A DNA stretch of 62,058 nucleotides, filler included, from Choristocarpus tenellus KU-1152 (Eukaryota > Protista > Phaeophyceae), in NCBI GenBank assembly GCA_964200185.2. It is 12 parts of 12 records of this genome, joined end to end, with 100 filler letters (N's around TTAATTAATTAA, not from the genome) between each part and the next. Parts side by side here need not be neighbours in the genome. Positions count along the whole stretch, not along the records: positions 37,225 to 43,689 come from CAXNAD020008081.1; positions 43,790 to 48,609 come from CAXNAD020012940.1; positions 48,710 to 51,493 come from CAXNAD020024792.1; positions 51,594 to 56,530 come from CAXNAD020012458.1; 8 more parts are not named here. One strand, 5' to 3'. Below the pieces are notes generated by a model. That model was given only the letters and a program-made list of their open reading frames with translations, was not told where the DNA came from and did not search any database. Below are positions 37,607 through 51,598 of this stretch, piece after piece (the first letter of the stretch is position 1; every line of letters begins with the position of its first letter). The position numbers were made by a program, and so were the translations under genes.

Positions 37607-40334
37607 AAATGTAACCACAGTTCTCACACATGTTATTTGCAGCAGTAGAGTTCTAGTACTACTATTATTATCGCCATTATTAATATTATTACAATCACAG
37701 CAGTCGGATGCGAGATGGCAACAGGGTGTACCTCAACATCTGAAAAAATATAAAATATATATTACAGTTAGTTCAAAACACTATTATTATTATTATTATT
37801 ACTATTATTAATATTTTTATGTCTGATAATACTTACCACGATAAACAAATATAATAGTAACGTGAGTATCTGTTTTCACCTATCATTTAAAAACAGGCCG
37901 AGTTCGACAGGTTACATTCATCCCTAACCCTATCCCTATCCCTAACCCTATCCCTAAACCTAACCCTAACCCTAACCTTTCTCCTATATTATTTATACTC
38001 CAGATTCTCTACACGCAGAAACATTTTAAACTGAATTTCAAAAATATAACAGTTAAAAAAATTAAAAATTAAAACGTATTTTTTTTAAAAAGCACTGTGT
38101 TGTACAAGTGGCGCACGCTCTTTACCTACTCAATGCCATAGAACGGTATCATTTATATAGGGTTAGGGTTAGGGTTAATGCCATTTCATCTGACAAGAGG
38201 AACACCAAACTATCAAAACACTTTATATATATATATATTGCAAGAAACAGGGTTAGGGATTTTTTTCAGAATGTGAAGAGCAGATTGGACTATTAGAAAA
38301 TAAATAAAATACAACAAAAAAAACAAAAAAAGCATCCCCCCCCCTCCTACCACATACCCCTATTACATTCCAGTCAAGTTAATTTCTTCAATACATCCAC
38401 TTCACTGAACCCCCACCTAAAATAAAGAAAAATCCACACCATATTTTTGATACAAGGAGCGTGCAGGAATGATAAAAAAAAAATCCTATTTTTTTTAATT
38501 TTATTATATGCACCACCAAAAAAATTATCATTCTTAATCTTACATATTCCAGTAGTATTACAAGTACTTAATCTCCAATGTAAGTACAAGTACTTTCATG
38601 CACCATTACTATTACATACTTCAAAAAAACTACTACTAATAATAACAATACTAACAATAACAACAATACAAGCAGCCTGACTGAGTGTGAGGTGTGTCTT
38701 GGCTCATCACAGAGCCAACAAGTAGGATCCCTTTTGATAGGAACTAGCAGACACCAGTACATACATACATAACGCATTTATCAGAATCAATTAATGAATG
38801 GATGAATGGATGAATGGATGAATGGATGAATGGATGAATGGATGAATGAATGAATGAGTCCCTTTCTTACCTGAAAGGTCCAACGGTTGGGGAGGAGGCC
38901 ATTGTGTAGTGTGGTGTCAAGAAGTTGTAATGCCCTTTTCCAATTACCTACATATCGACAGCATCGGGCAGCTACAGCATAACATAGTACATCTGGTTCA
39001 ATGCCAAGGGACACCTGCTCCCTCAAACAAATGCAAGCATACAACAAAGCACAGCGCATGCCAACAAACATAAACATAAACATAACATAACATAACATAA
39101 CATAACATGACTCGTACCAATGAAACATAAGCATACAGCACGTAAGCACATACCACATACCCAACAGGAACATACCCAACAAAACATAACCATTAAATAA
39201 CAGGAAAAAGCACACCATGCAAATGCAACATAAGTAATAATCAAGAAAGAAGGGGAAAGAAGGGGAAAGAAGATGATAAAAGAGGAAAGAAGAGGAAAAA
39301 AGATGAGAAAAGAGGAAAGAAGAGGAAAGAAGGGGAAAGAACAGGAGAGATGAGGAAAGAAGAGGAAAGAAGAGGAGAGAAGCAGTATACAACATACATA
39401 GAATGACACTTAACGTGTTTGAACCAGTGGGCCATCATTAGGAAAAAAATAGAGAACAATTTCTGTTACAAACCGTACAATACTGTTCGAGAAATTAAAA
39501 ATCAAATCAGTTTTCAAGAAAGGACACAAGGATTACGACACCCATACCAAACTTTGCAAAAAACACACACACACACACCATACATACATTTACCAGCTGA
39601 CTTCTTGTACATAGAATCACTACATTACAATTCCCCCCCAAAAAATATTTTTTTTGTTTTTCTCATTCACACAATTAATCACAATTATTCATAATTAATC
39701 ACAATTAAAATTATTCCATACGTAAAATATATCCTTCGAGGCATAGAATAATTTTAAGCACCATTGAACCATACAATATGAACATACATACATATATACA
39801 TATATGTATATGGCATACTACTATTTGTGTATGCATACTGTATCCCAGTATAAATGGAAAAAAAATAAAAAACGTTGAGGCAACAGCAATAAAAAAAAAT
39901 TATCATTTTCGTACCAAGACTGTTTTGGTTGGTATTATTACATCATTTCCTAATTATTTATGGTATTTTGTAGCAGAGTACCTAACCTTCCCATCCCCCA
40001 TCCCCCATCCCCACTCTCCCTTTCCCACGCATGGAAACATACCCTAACCCCTTTTCTGTTGGAAAATATTCATTTCACACATACCCTAACCCTTCTCCTA
40101 GGTAAGAGGGTAAGTAAGGAATACCGACCATCTCATCAAACATATGCAGGACACGCTGGGGCTTGAAGTTTCTCTCCAAGGCCTCCATCACCGTCCCATA
40201 CTCCACAGCTCCAAGGGAAAAGCCTTCACAAGGGCATACAAATCCAGGGATGCGTGCATCATTACCACACTTCGCTGGATGAAGAGTACTGAAAAGTCAA
40301 ATACAATAGTGTCATGGACTGAAACACTGGTACA

Positions 40335-40373
<39 letters not shown>

Positions 40374-42853
40374 TAGTGTCATGGACTGAAACACCGGTAC
40401 AGTAATAATAAGAATAATAATAGTAGTAGTAGTACTGTCTTCAGGTTGTTCTAAATACCTAAGCAGCACATACATAAGCCAGATACATACATAATACATA
40501 CATATCTATATATAAGTACACATATGTACATATATACACACACATACATACATACATACATAATACATACATATCTATATATAAGTACACATATATACAT
40601 ACATACACACACACACATACATACACATACACACATACATACACAATATAGCTTACAAGAAATTAAAAAGTAGACTTGTTAGTAGAGTACACAACTCCAC
40701 ATACACATAGGTAGGTAGGTCTATGCTCATATAAATGACACACACACATACATACATACACACACACATACATACACAGAAATAAACATACACATACACA
40801 CATACATACACACATACACACATACACATACACACATATATTTATTTTCTCGGAGGGGCTTTGTTGTAAACTGGAATCTGTCTGTATCAACTCATTGCAG
40901 GTACTCTTAAAGTATTAGTTCAATTCATACACAACTTACTTCATGCCTAAGACTATACATATTTGATTCTATATGCTTGGTGCTACGCATTTATTAACTT
41001 CTATATTTAACTTCTATATTTGATGAGGGTTGTGCGTTTCATACCATTAAAGCAGTACTGCGAGAGCTACCATCATAGAAAATACAAAGTACTAAACAAA
41101 GTAAATAACTAGAATACAAAGTACTAAACAAAGTAAATAACTAGAATACAAAGTGCTAAACAAAGTAAATAACTAGAATACAAAGTACTAAACAAAGTAA
41201 ATAACTAGAATACAAAGTACTAAATAAAGTAAATAACTAGAATACAAAGTACTAAACAAAGTAAATAACTAGTTTTTTTTTTCAATATGAATTCAAAGGA
41301 AGCGCATTCCTCGTATCTAAAAGGATAAAAAAATTAATACAATAATGTGTGTAAGTAAAGAAATATACATATATTTGTCCAATAATAATGATAATAATGG
41401 ACAAACTTGATTTTCAACTAAAACAAATAAATCCGAAATATTCTCATCGTATTTTTTTTTTTTAGTAGATGAAACTGAAGTATTCTGAATCATCATCATT
41501 AAATCAAAAGCTGATTAGGATAAAACTCTTTTTTCAAAATATTTATATTATGACACCGTCTATCATTACTTGATCTCTTGCTTAAAAATATAAAAATAAT
41601 AGCCACGCACATAACAAAAAAAAAGAACATCACGGTTGAAGATGAAACCTTTCCGATCACGATAATCTTCTTTATTTTTATTTTTATTTTATTTCAAGTG
41701 TATATATATATATATATATATTATGTATAGCGTGTATGTGCAGGGCTGTACGAATCACTCCCAGCCTCCTCAAAGACCTCAGTACCCCCCTCCTCTCCTC
41801 TGCTCATGCGTTTGAACACACATACACTTCCTCCCAATAACACAATAGTAATAACAATAAAAATAATAGTATCGTACCCACAACAATCGTAGTAAAAAAA
41901 GAAATAATACCAATACCAATCACAATAATGATAACTAAAACACTAGTAACAATCACAATAATAATAAAATACTAATAATAATAATAATAGTAATAATAAT
42001 AATAATACAAAGTTGACGAGTTGCTGACTGATCCAGAAATTCTGAAATCCGTCTGTGAAAGGACATCGGAGGTGAGCAGAGTGGTACATAAAGGTACAGA
42101 TAAAGGTATAAACAAAGGTACAAGCACTTCCATGCATAGTCAACAGTTTCACTTTTCTTTGCCATACCACACCATCAACTAAACCCTAACCCTAAATGAA
42201 ATACTGCTATGAATCCAATATAGTGCATGTCATCAAAGAGATTCGGTGGGGGGGGGGAAGGCTGATTATGATACATATCCTTTTTTAGTCATTTCTACTT
42301 ACAATACTGTTTTTATTAAAACAAGGCTCATCTCTTACCTTACTTAACACTTCTTACAAATACACCATGGCTGTCCTGGAGGGGATGTGGAAAAGGCGGT
42401 AGTCTTGACACTGACCTTTTTTTTTGTCTTTCATCAACTAGTTAAAAATAAAAGGGCACATACATACATACATACATACATACATACATACATACATACA
42501 TACATACATACACATATAATATAATTTATTATATATTTATTTAAACAAAAACCCCAACAGTATCTACAAACCATATTCTATCTTCCCATGCCTTCACTGG
42601 CCAAGGACATGGCACACTCTCCCTCCTGCACATCTCACAGTTGATAATTCTGTCCAAGGAAGTGGGGGTATAAAGCCACAATATTCAAAAACCAGTCAAG
42701 CAAGAGGTGAGGCTAAATCTGCGAGGAATATGGATCACAAATCACTGAGAAAATTCCTAGGATTATCGACCACACCGTTGTCCTCCATCTGCTTCATCAT
42801 GCCCACGGCTTCTTCTGCAAGTCCTCCCCTTGCTGCAGCCACCAATGCTGCCC
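37330..42853 (-). CDS. Second PPR protein (internal fragment). Exons ~42853-42770, ~40285-40129, 39014-38871, 37461-37330
   Basis: AALVAAARGGLAEEAVGMMKQM; EYGTVMEALERNFKPQRVLHMFDEM|VSLGIEPDVLCYAVAARCC...PNRWTFQ|AVAKACLEDG...PDAFIYMNLMQ. Introns are microsatellite-rich. Confidence 0.8.
37921..37978. repeat. Interstitial telomere-like (CCCTAA)n tract; shorter tracts at ~13958, ~19146, ~27087, ~38158
   Basis: Degenerate CCCTAA/CCCTAT hexamer array within an intron. Confidence 0.8.
41081..41272. repeat. Minisatellite, 6 x 32 bp (AATACAAAGTACTAAACAAAGTAAATAACTAG)
   Basis: Head-to-tail near-identical units with no spacers. Confidence 0.95.
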
Positions 42854-43069
42854 TGAGAAAACCAACCAATGTGATAACATATTTTACCATAAATACAATA
42901 CAGCACATACAATACAATACGATACGATACGATACAATATGATAAGCACAATATAATACAATAAGATACGATACAATACAAAACAGTACAATAAAATAAA
43001 TACAGTAAATATAATATAATACATTGCAATACATACAATACAATACAATCCCAAAAATGTACAATTTAG

Positions 43070-43112
<43 letters not shown>

Positions 43113-43292
43113 CTAGAAACAAGTATCAACACAATAAAGAAGACAAGTATCAACACAATACTTCAAATATATAATCAAACACAATACGGTAAGAACCAAA
43201 TGCTCTCAATGCCCCTTGGTCCCAACAACCCCTCAACCTACCCCTCACACCCACCTATACACCATCTCTCCTACAGCACCCATTCCTCAAGC

Positions 43293-43604
43293 AATTCTAC
43301 ATACCAATTCTATATACCAATTCTACATACCAATTCTACATACCAATTCTATATACCAATTCTATATACCAATTCTATATACCAATTCTACATACCAATT
43401 CTATATACCAATTTTATATACCAATTCTACATACCAATTCTATATACCAATTCTATGTACCAATTCTACATACCAATTCTATATACCAATTCTACATACC
43501 AATTCTATATACCAATTCTATATACCAATTCTACATACCAATTCTATATACCAATTCTATATACCAATTCTATATACCAATTCTATGTACCAATTCTACA
43601 TACC
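43293..43604. repeat. Minisatellite, ~24 x 13 bp (AATTCTAYATACC)
   Basis: Head-to-tail units; explains the spurious ILYTNSTYQFYIP ORFs. Confidence 0.95.
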
Positions 43605-43819
43605 CACCCGATACCCGTTCCCCCTTCCCAACTACTGCATATTTATTTTTTGATGTTCACCCTTGCCCCCCCCCAAAAAAAAAAACCGANNNNNNNNNNN
43701 NNNNNNNNNNNNNNNNNNNNNNNNNNNNNNNNNTTAATTAATTAANNNNNNNNNNNNNNNNNNNNNNNNNNNNNNNNNNNNNNNNNNNNACCCCCGCAGC
43801 TCAGAGAAGCCGCACTCGT

Positions 43820-46564
43820 ACCTGTCGCCTGGCTCTCCTCAAAAGCTCCTCTTCTCCTTCCAACCTCTTGGCGAGGCAGCACCCGACTCCCCCCTTGCTT
43901 CCTCCCCCATCGGGTACCGACTTGGAGGGGATGGTTTCCTCACCATCACCCGGGCCATCATCCTCACAAGCACAGTCTTTCTCCTTTCCCCTACCCTCAA
44001 ATCCCTCACCTTCGTCCTCTTCGTTATGCCCGTAGGACCCAGTGGGCGATCCCTTCCCTCCAGCAACCCTGGTTTTAGTGTCAGGGCTGTGGGGGGATTT
44101 ATTGCGGCGCTTACCGTTGGGGGAGGAGGGCAGGAGGTCGGAACTTTCTGACCCAAGGATTTCTGTAACTGCCGCTGTGGTCGCTTCTGCAACAACTGAT
44201 TCTCCGTTGGGATTTCCCTTACGGGTAGTAGTCTTCATGGTCGGCACCCTGTATGATGTGCCCAGTTGCACTCCTTGGTCTTCGGGGTCAGGCTTTTGGG
44301 AGTTGGAAGTGCTTTTGCAAACCGGCTGTGGTGAAGGGGTGGGTGTCAGTTCTTGTCTGGACGGACTTTTGGCGGCACAGAACGGGTGCTGCTTGGGTGG
44401 GGTAAGGAAAGAGGCATGGGGTTTGTTTTCAGTCCTACTATGCTGCACAGAGCAAGTTTGTGAGAGGGCTCGCTGGGCTGTGACTGCTGCAACTTCAACG
44501 GAGTGCATCAGGTGGTGGGGGAGTGATGTTGGGGGGAGGTGGTTGGACAGAATTAGTGCGAGCTGGAGATAGCACAAAAAAGTGTATGGAGAGTTAGTTG
44601 GTCAGTCATGATGACGGTTACTCCAATCTCTCTTGTGGGACACCCTCTTTCATGATTTGGGGTGGCTTTGATCCTATCAATTGTGCAGTGGTTTTTGCAG
44701 TGCATTAAGGACATCAATGCTCAGAGTGATAATGTCGAACTGGAGTGTTTTGCGGGTTCCTGAGCAATCGTCTCTTACTGAATTTTGACACGAACAATGC
44801 ATGTGTATGTGGTGGGGTGAGGAGCACTTCTGTAGTAAGAGTGCCAACTAACTCCGTATCAACACATGCGACAGGAGTTCCTGAATGGTACCTCATAGTA
44901 TTTTTTTTTCTGAAGGAAACACGACACTGCAGTGTGTGGCATCACAGCTCAACTTTTGAGCCCACCTTTTCTTCCTCTTCTTCGTCACTGCTGCCCCCCC
45001 CTGCAACAGCCAAGGCCTTACTCACTGATGCATACTCTCCCCCCATCAGCCTAAGCTGGGTCATCTTATTCCTCTCCTTGCGCTCCAACTGGATTGCGAG
45101 AAATCGCCTTGTTCCTCTCTGGATCTGCTTCACAGCCTTTGTTTCATCAAGAGAGCCCAGCCTCATATCCTTGCCCTCACACTTCCTCAATCCGTTTGAC
45201 AAACCACTCTTGGCCTCAACAACGATTCCCTCTGAGGTGTTAGACTCTCTCTGCTTCCCAGAGCTTTGCTCATGCCCAGTACCCTTCCTTGCTAGGAGAG
45301 ACCGAATCCATGTTTGGATAGATGAAATGGCAGCAGTATGCTCATTCCCAACCTGTAGACCTTCTGGGCTCCGCATCACATACTCTAGTCCCACTGCTAC
45401 CTCGCTTGCACAGGGTTCCCCTCCAGGTCCCAAGTGGTGTGAAGCACTTTCACCAGTTCTACCATAGTTGCCAGTTCTTACTCGTCTTCCCTTTCTATTT
45501 CTAGCTTGATTACCCCTGATCCTGGCCTGAATTGTGGTGGCTGCGGTGTAGTGTTTCTGTGTGTAGATGGAAAAGGTAGTGGAGGGTAAGCATGTAGCTC
45601 TCTTATTGCTGTTGTCACCTTCCCCCATGTACCTGTCTTTGTAGGTTTGATACTGTCTCTGGATCTTCCGAGCAGCTTTGTCTTTGTTGCCAGGGACATC
45701 TCGGGATTCCAAGACGAGTGAGAGTTTGCCTTCAGCGAATGATGCACTGGCATCATCAACGACACCAACTTGTATGACCTGGACAGGAAATTCGTCTTGG
45801 CAACCCTTCATTGCTGGTGGAGATTCTATGATATTGTCGTGATGGATCATGATCTCTTCGGCTATCGCATTATTCAGTTTAGCACCTCCATGGCACTGAT
45901 CCGCAGTATCTTTCTCCAGCCTAGTTTGCCATCCCTGCGTATGAGTTTGAACATTTGCTGAAGAGACACAGGATATCTCCCCTCTTCGGTGAGGATTGCA
46001 AAGCTTCGTTCCACTCTTCATTCCTCTTCTCTCGTTGAACCCTCTTTCATTCTCCTGACTTTTTAGGATTTTCAGAAATCCATGCTGGATCATTGGCGGA
46101 GCTTGGGCGCGGTCTCGAGCCCCTATTTCCTCCTCTTCAAGACTTGACTCAGGCAATTCGATGTCGGAACTGGTGTCGGAGGGCAATGAGCTAGAATAGG
46201 AAGACTGATGAGTACTCAATGCACGTACACGATACTGTCGGTATTTTTTCTGAATGACCTCTGCAGCTCGGTTGTGTCTCACAATAGTAAGTTGCGACTC
46301 ATGATGGTCCTCCTTGGCTCGAGACGCTACCTCTTTTCCCTCCAATGCAGTCCATGCAGTATGTAGGTACTGCTGTTCAAGATGACCAAGATCTGCTTTG
46401 TCTGGAATATCATTCTGATCTTGACAAGGGGAGAGCATGTGTGCCGTAGGGTTTGCACTGCCTGCGACTTCCTGGTCATGGATTTTTCCCAGGTATTCCT
46501 TGGCGTATTCGGAATCCACAACAGAGGGTGTAGAATATTTCATTTTGAACTTTGTGCCATGCAA
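43820..46564 (-). CDS. IQ calmodulin-binding repeat protein (partial; large exons ~46564-44960 and ~44570-43820)
   Basis: Five IQ-like motifs: AAEVIQKKYRQY, AARKIQRQYQTY, AATTIQARIRGNQAR, AISSIQTWIRSLLAR, AVKQIQRGTRRFLA. Exon boundaries are approximate. Confidence 0.75.
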
Positions 46565-47157
46565 ATTTCACAGAATCTACGTAATGCAGCCGGATATAAC
46601 TTCTTCAATTACGTGAAAGTCGAGTCGTAACTGCACCAGGTATCGAAGCAGGAGAAAATCTTGATTCTTGCTCTTTCGATGGAATTCTCCAGAGAGGGTC
46701 GGAGGTGGGGCGGGGTGTTGTAGGTTGTGTTGTGGGTAGCAATGATAGGGAAGTAGGACATGTTCATGGAGAAGTCCGTAAGGGTAGAAGCCGTCATCAC
46801 CTGTAGATGTCAGTCAGGCAACAATGGAAATTGGGTTGTGTAATGGGACATGTCATGCTTACACATCCCATGCTTTCTTGTGTTGAACAATGACGTTACA
46901 CAACTGTAAATATATAAATGCCAACACATTAAATAGAAATCCTGGCCGTTCAATCTCTCCTATTCAAGGAAGTTGTCACGTTGTGAGAACGGGTCAACTT
47001 GCAAACGTGGTGACCTGCCAACGCCCCAAACTATCAAAGCGCGAACTCTCCTGTGGCACGACGTTTTCTGTATCGGCGTGCGGTTAGCCTTCCTTTTGTC
47101 TTATAACACCCCGACAGAGCCAGTTTCTAGACTCATCGGTCAGTTGCCTGGTGTCAC

Positions 47158-48287
<1,130 letters not shown>

Positions 48288-49032
48288 GTGAGGGCTATCA
48301 CAGGGACTAGGGCTTCGACTTATGGGGTTTTATTGTTTATGAAACACAATATTTGTGTGGCTTCATTTTCTATGGGAATGCTTCCTCCCTGTTCAGTACC
48401 CCTCAACCGAAACCTACATAGCCATGACAAACACTGGAAAAGCTGAACCTAGTGGAGGGATCAGATCATTTGCTGCTCTCATCATTACTTCACCAGTATA
48501 TTGTTGCAGGAGCGTACTGGGCGAGCTCCAGCTACTGCACACACACCCGAGCTAACACCCCCCCCCCCCCCCCCTGGGGGGTAACAACGAAAGTAATAGC
48601 GGACAAACANNNNNNNNNNNNNNNNNNNNNNNNNNNNNNNNNNNNNNNNNNNNTTAATTAATTAANNNNNNNNNNNNNNNNNNNNNNNNNNNNNNNNNNN
48701 NNNNNNNNNCCCTTAAAAAGTGCCGCAACCTTTACAAAAAAAACATATCAGCACTTTTTCCGCACCATTTTGGGTCAAAACCATCCTCAATAGTACGCTC
48801 CATCCTCAAGTTCTAAAATCCACTGTTCTAAGCAACGTTTGAGGGTTTGCCGTTCTTGAGGACGGTACCAGTGAAGGTAGAGCACCTTGTTTCAGAGTGT
48901 GAAAATTGGACCTGAAACCGTGAAATCGTGCAGCTACGTTTGGTTGACTTCCTATTGAGAAGGGTGATTGTATTACACCCGAATTTCAAATTCTCAAGAT
49001 CGCTTGAACCAATCAACACCATAATTTGCACG

Positions 49033-49215
49033 ATGGGAAAGGTGAAAGAAACCCCCATCTACAAGCGGCAAGCTGCCATCGGAGAGTACTTTCGACTGCG
49101 CAAGACCTATGGCAGGGTCCAACGAGGCGCCCGATCACATATTGCACAAAAATACAGAATTGACCCAACGACATTGGCTCGGTTGGTGAGGGTGGCATCA
49201 TCTCGAATAACCTAG
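49033..49215 (+). mobile_element. N-terminal HTH fragment of a Tc1/mariner-type transposase, truncated at a probable copia LTR
   Basis: GRVQRGARSHIAQKYRIDPTTLARLVR is HTH-like. The ORF stops immediately before TGTTA at 49216. Confidence 0.45.
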
Positions 49216-51367
49216 TGTTATCCTTATGTTGTCTGTGCTGATACAACATAGGTTATACGTACGTTTATATTTAGTGCAATACAACACAAAGTAGGAATGT
49301 GCATAAAAATATAACCAGTCAACATTCATTCACGCGTCAGTGAAGATGGATGGCTGGCAGGCAATGAATGATTCAGTGTGTGTTTTACCATGTAACTTAA
49401 CTACTAGATTTCGGCGACAAGCCTTACATGCACCAAACTTCTCAGCACGCTTAAGCACCATAATCCAAACTCTAGTTAGGGCAGGCGCAGTCGGACTGGT
49501 TTGGTTTGAGTTGGTATTGCGTCACTCGTGGCCTCTAATGGGATCCATACCAAACTCCTTCAGCTTACAGAAGAGAGCTATGCCGATTGGTTTGCTACAA
49601 CCCAGGCATTTGGGGGCGCGAAGGGGGATACTGATAAGGCATTGGAGCACAGAGAGAAACCCATAAGGATGGGTGATATAGATGGACTGGGTTGGCCAGA
49701 TGGTGATGATGGGGCATATGATGTCCGAGCAGAGGTGCTTGAAATCGCTATGTTAGATTGTTTGGATGACGATTACCAGATTACCAAGCACTATCTCCAG
49801 AATCATTACAAGAGTGAGCGATCGAGGGCTAAAATACAACAAGCTGCTCGATCGCGCTACTTCTCCATTCAACGGGAGGTAGGGGATCGCGGAGAGCCTG
49901 GGAGCGCTCTGGGCGGAAGGACCGTTAAAAAGGCTGGCCAAGGTGGAAGCTAGGATACGACTGGTCATCGTATGGACCCTAGGACGACAGGATCCCGTTC
50001 CAAGGGGTTAACCAAGACCCAAGAGATCTGTGACAAGTGCGGATTGGTTAAGCATTTCGACTCCTGTACGTTTGGAGCACCGTGTTGCAGCTGCGGAAAG
50101 ATTGGCCACCTGCGAGTTGTGTACCCCCAGAGGAGGTCAAAACCGTTAAAATCGGCGGGAATACTAGCTGAACCAGATGAACCAGTCAGGGAGTCAAGGA
50201 AGTTCAAGACCATGTTAGCCACCGTGGCTAATAATGGCAAGGTGAGGCTGGACGCTTTCAAAACATGGTGTTTTGATTCTGGTGCTTCCAACAGTGTAAT
50301 GAAAGACTCGACCTACATGTATGACTTCACCACATGTCCACAAGGCCACAACATGACCATGGCTAAAGGCACATCACTACCCATTGTGGAGTATGGCAAA
50401 AATGATTTGGATTTCAATGTTGTCCACAATGAGTGGGTGCATGTTACTTTGCCGTCTGTTGCACTAGTTCCGAATATAGCTTTCAATCTTTTCTCTTCAC
50501 ATTCTGCTGGTAGGGTTGAGGAAGTGATCATCAAATTGACTGGTGATGCGTATCATATATCTGATGGGGAGAGCCTTCCAATTGTTATTAAGTGGAACGG
50601 TTCCATGTACACTGCCAACGTTAAAAGACTCCCACCCCTAGAAGACACACCCCCTTGGTTGCAACTGTATCTGCAACAGCCATGCACATCAACGTTTTTC
50701 ATTGCATCCTCAACCATGCTGGTGAGAAAATCCTGCGACACACAGCTCAGGAACAAGGAATCACACTGTCCGGAAACTTAGCGTCAACAAAGTGCATAGG
50801 GTGCGCAAAAGGAATTAGGATAAGAGATCCCGTCCCCAAATCCACCACTGTACGAGCTAGGGGACCCTTCACCCGCATCTTCATTGACCTCACAGGACCG
50901 AAGAAAGTCAAATCCCTCAGTGGGGCTGAGTACACCCTTGTTGATGATGCAACTCGCTTCTTCTGGATACGACTACTCCAGAAGAAGAGCAATGCAGCCA
51001 AGGCCCTTGGGCGATGGTTGAAGGCTGGGGTACTTCCCAGTGGGCAGCGCATTCAATATATTTGACATGACCCAGAGGGTGAGTGGCAGAGTGAGGAATT
51101 CCAGGATTTGGTGTTGGAAATGGGTGCAGTGCAGGAAATGACTAGGACAGGGGAACCCCAGAATAATGGCGTGGTCAAACGCTGCATCGCCCAAGTGGAT
51201 AGTGGTGCCAGGGCCAGCATTTATTCTGCGAGATTGGGGAACAATTGCGGTTGTGGGGAGAGGCATACAATCACTCAGCATACATCCTCAACAGAAGTGC
51301 AACTGTTGCTTGCTAATAAGGGGACCTCCCCGTATCAAGTATTGTATGGGGAAATTGGATCCCTAAT
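49216..51367 (+). mobile_element. Decayed Ty1/copia LTR retrotransposon (5' LTR?, gag, protease, GAG-pre-integrase, integrase)
   Basis: LTEESYADW (gag), zinc knuckle CCSCGKIGH, WCFDSGAS protease, LVPNIAFNLFS, H..LNH...CIGCAKG, IFIDLTGP...LVDDATRFFW and PQNNGVVKR occur in PR-INT order. Frameshifted; LTR boundaries are tentative. Confidence 0.92.
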
Positions 51368-51598
51368 GGGTCAAAGCATCTTAGAGAGTAGAGCCGCGTC
51401 CATTTGGGGGTCAAAGTATCTGGGGGGGGGTGTCGGCGTCCATTTTTCACCCTTTTTTCGATTTTCACTTTTTTGGTGTGGTTTAGTCGCACGNNNNNNN
51501 NNNNNNNNNNNNNNNNNNNNNNNNNNNNNNNNNNNNNTTAATTAATTAANNNNNNNNNNNNNNNNNNNNNNNNNNNNNNNNNNNNNNNNNNNNCTCAG

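Noticed and set aside
41081-41272. 32-bp repeats as a CRISPR array
   Set aside because: The units are contiguous with no unique spacers, and the context is a eukaryotic intron.
43200-43745. Repetitive ORFs (ILYTNSTYQFYIP)n, and the Y/V/C/M-rich ORFs at 38787-43156
   Set aside because: These are translations of mini- and microsatellites.
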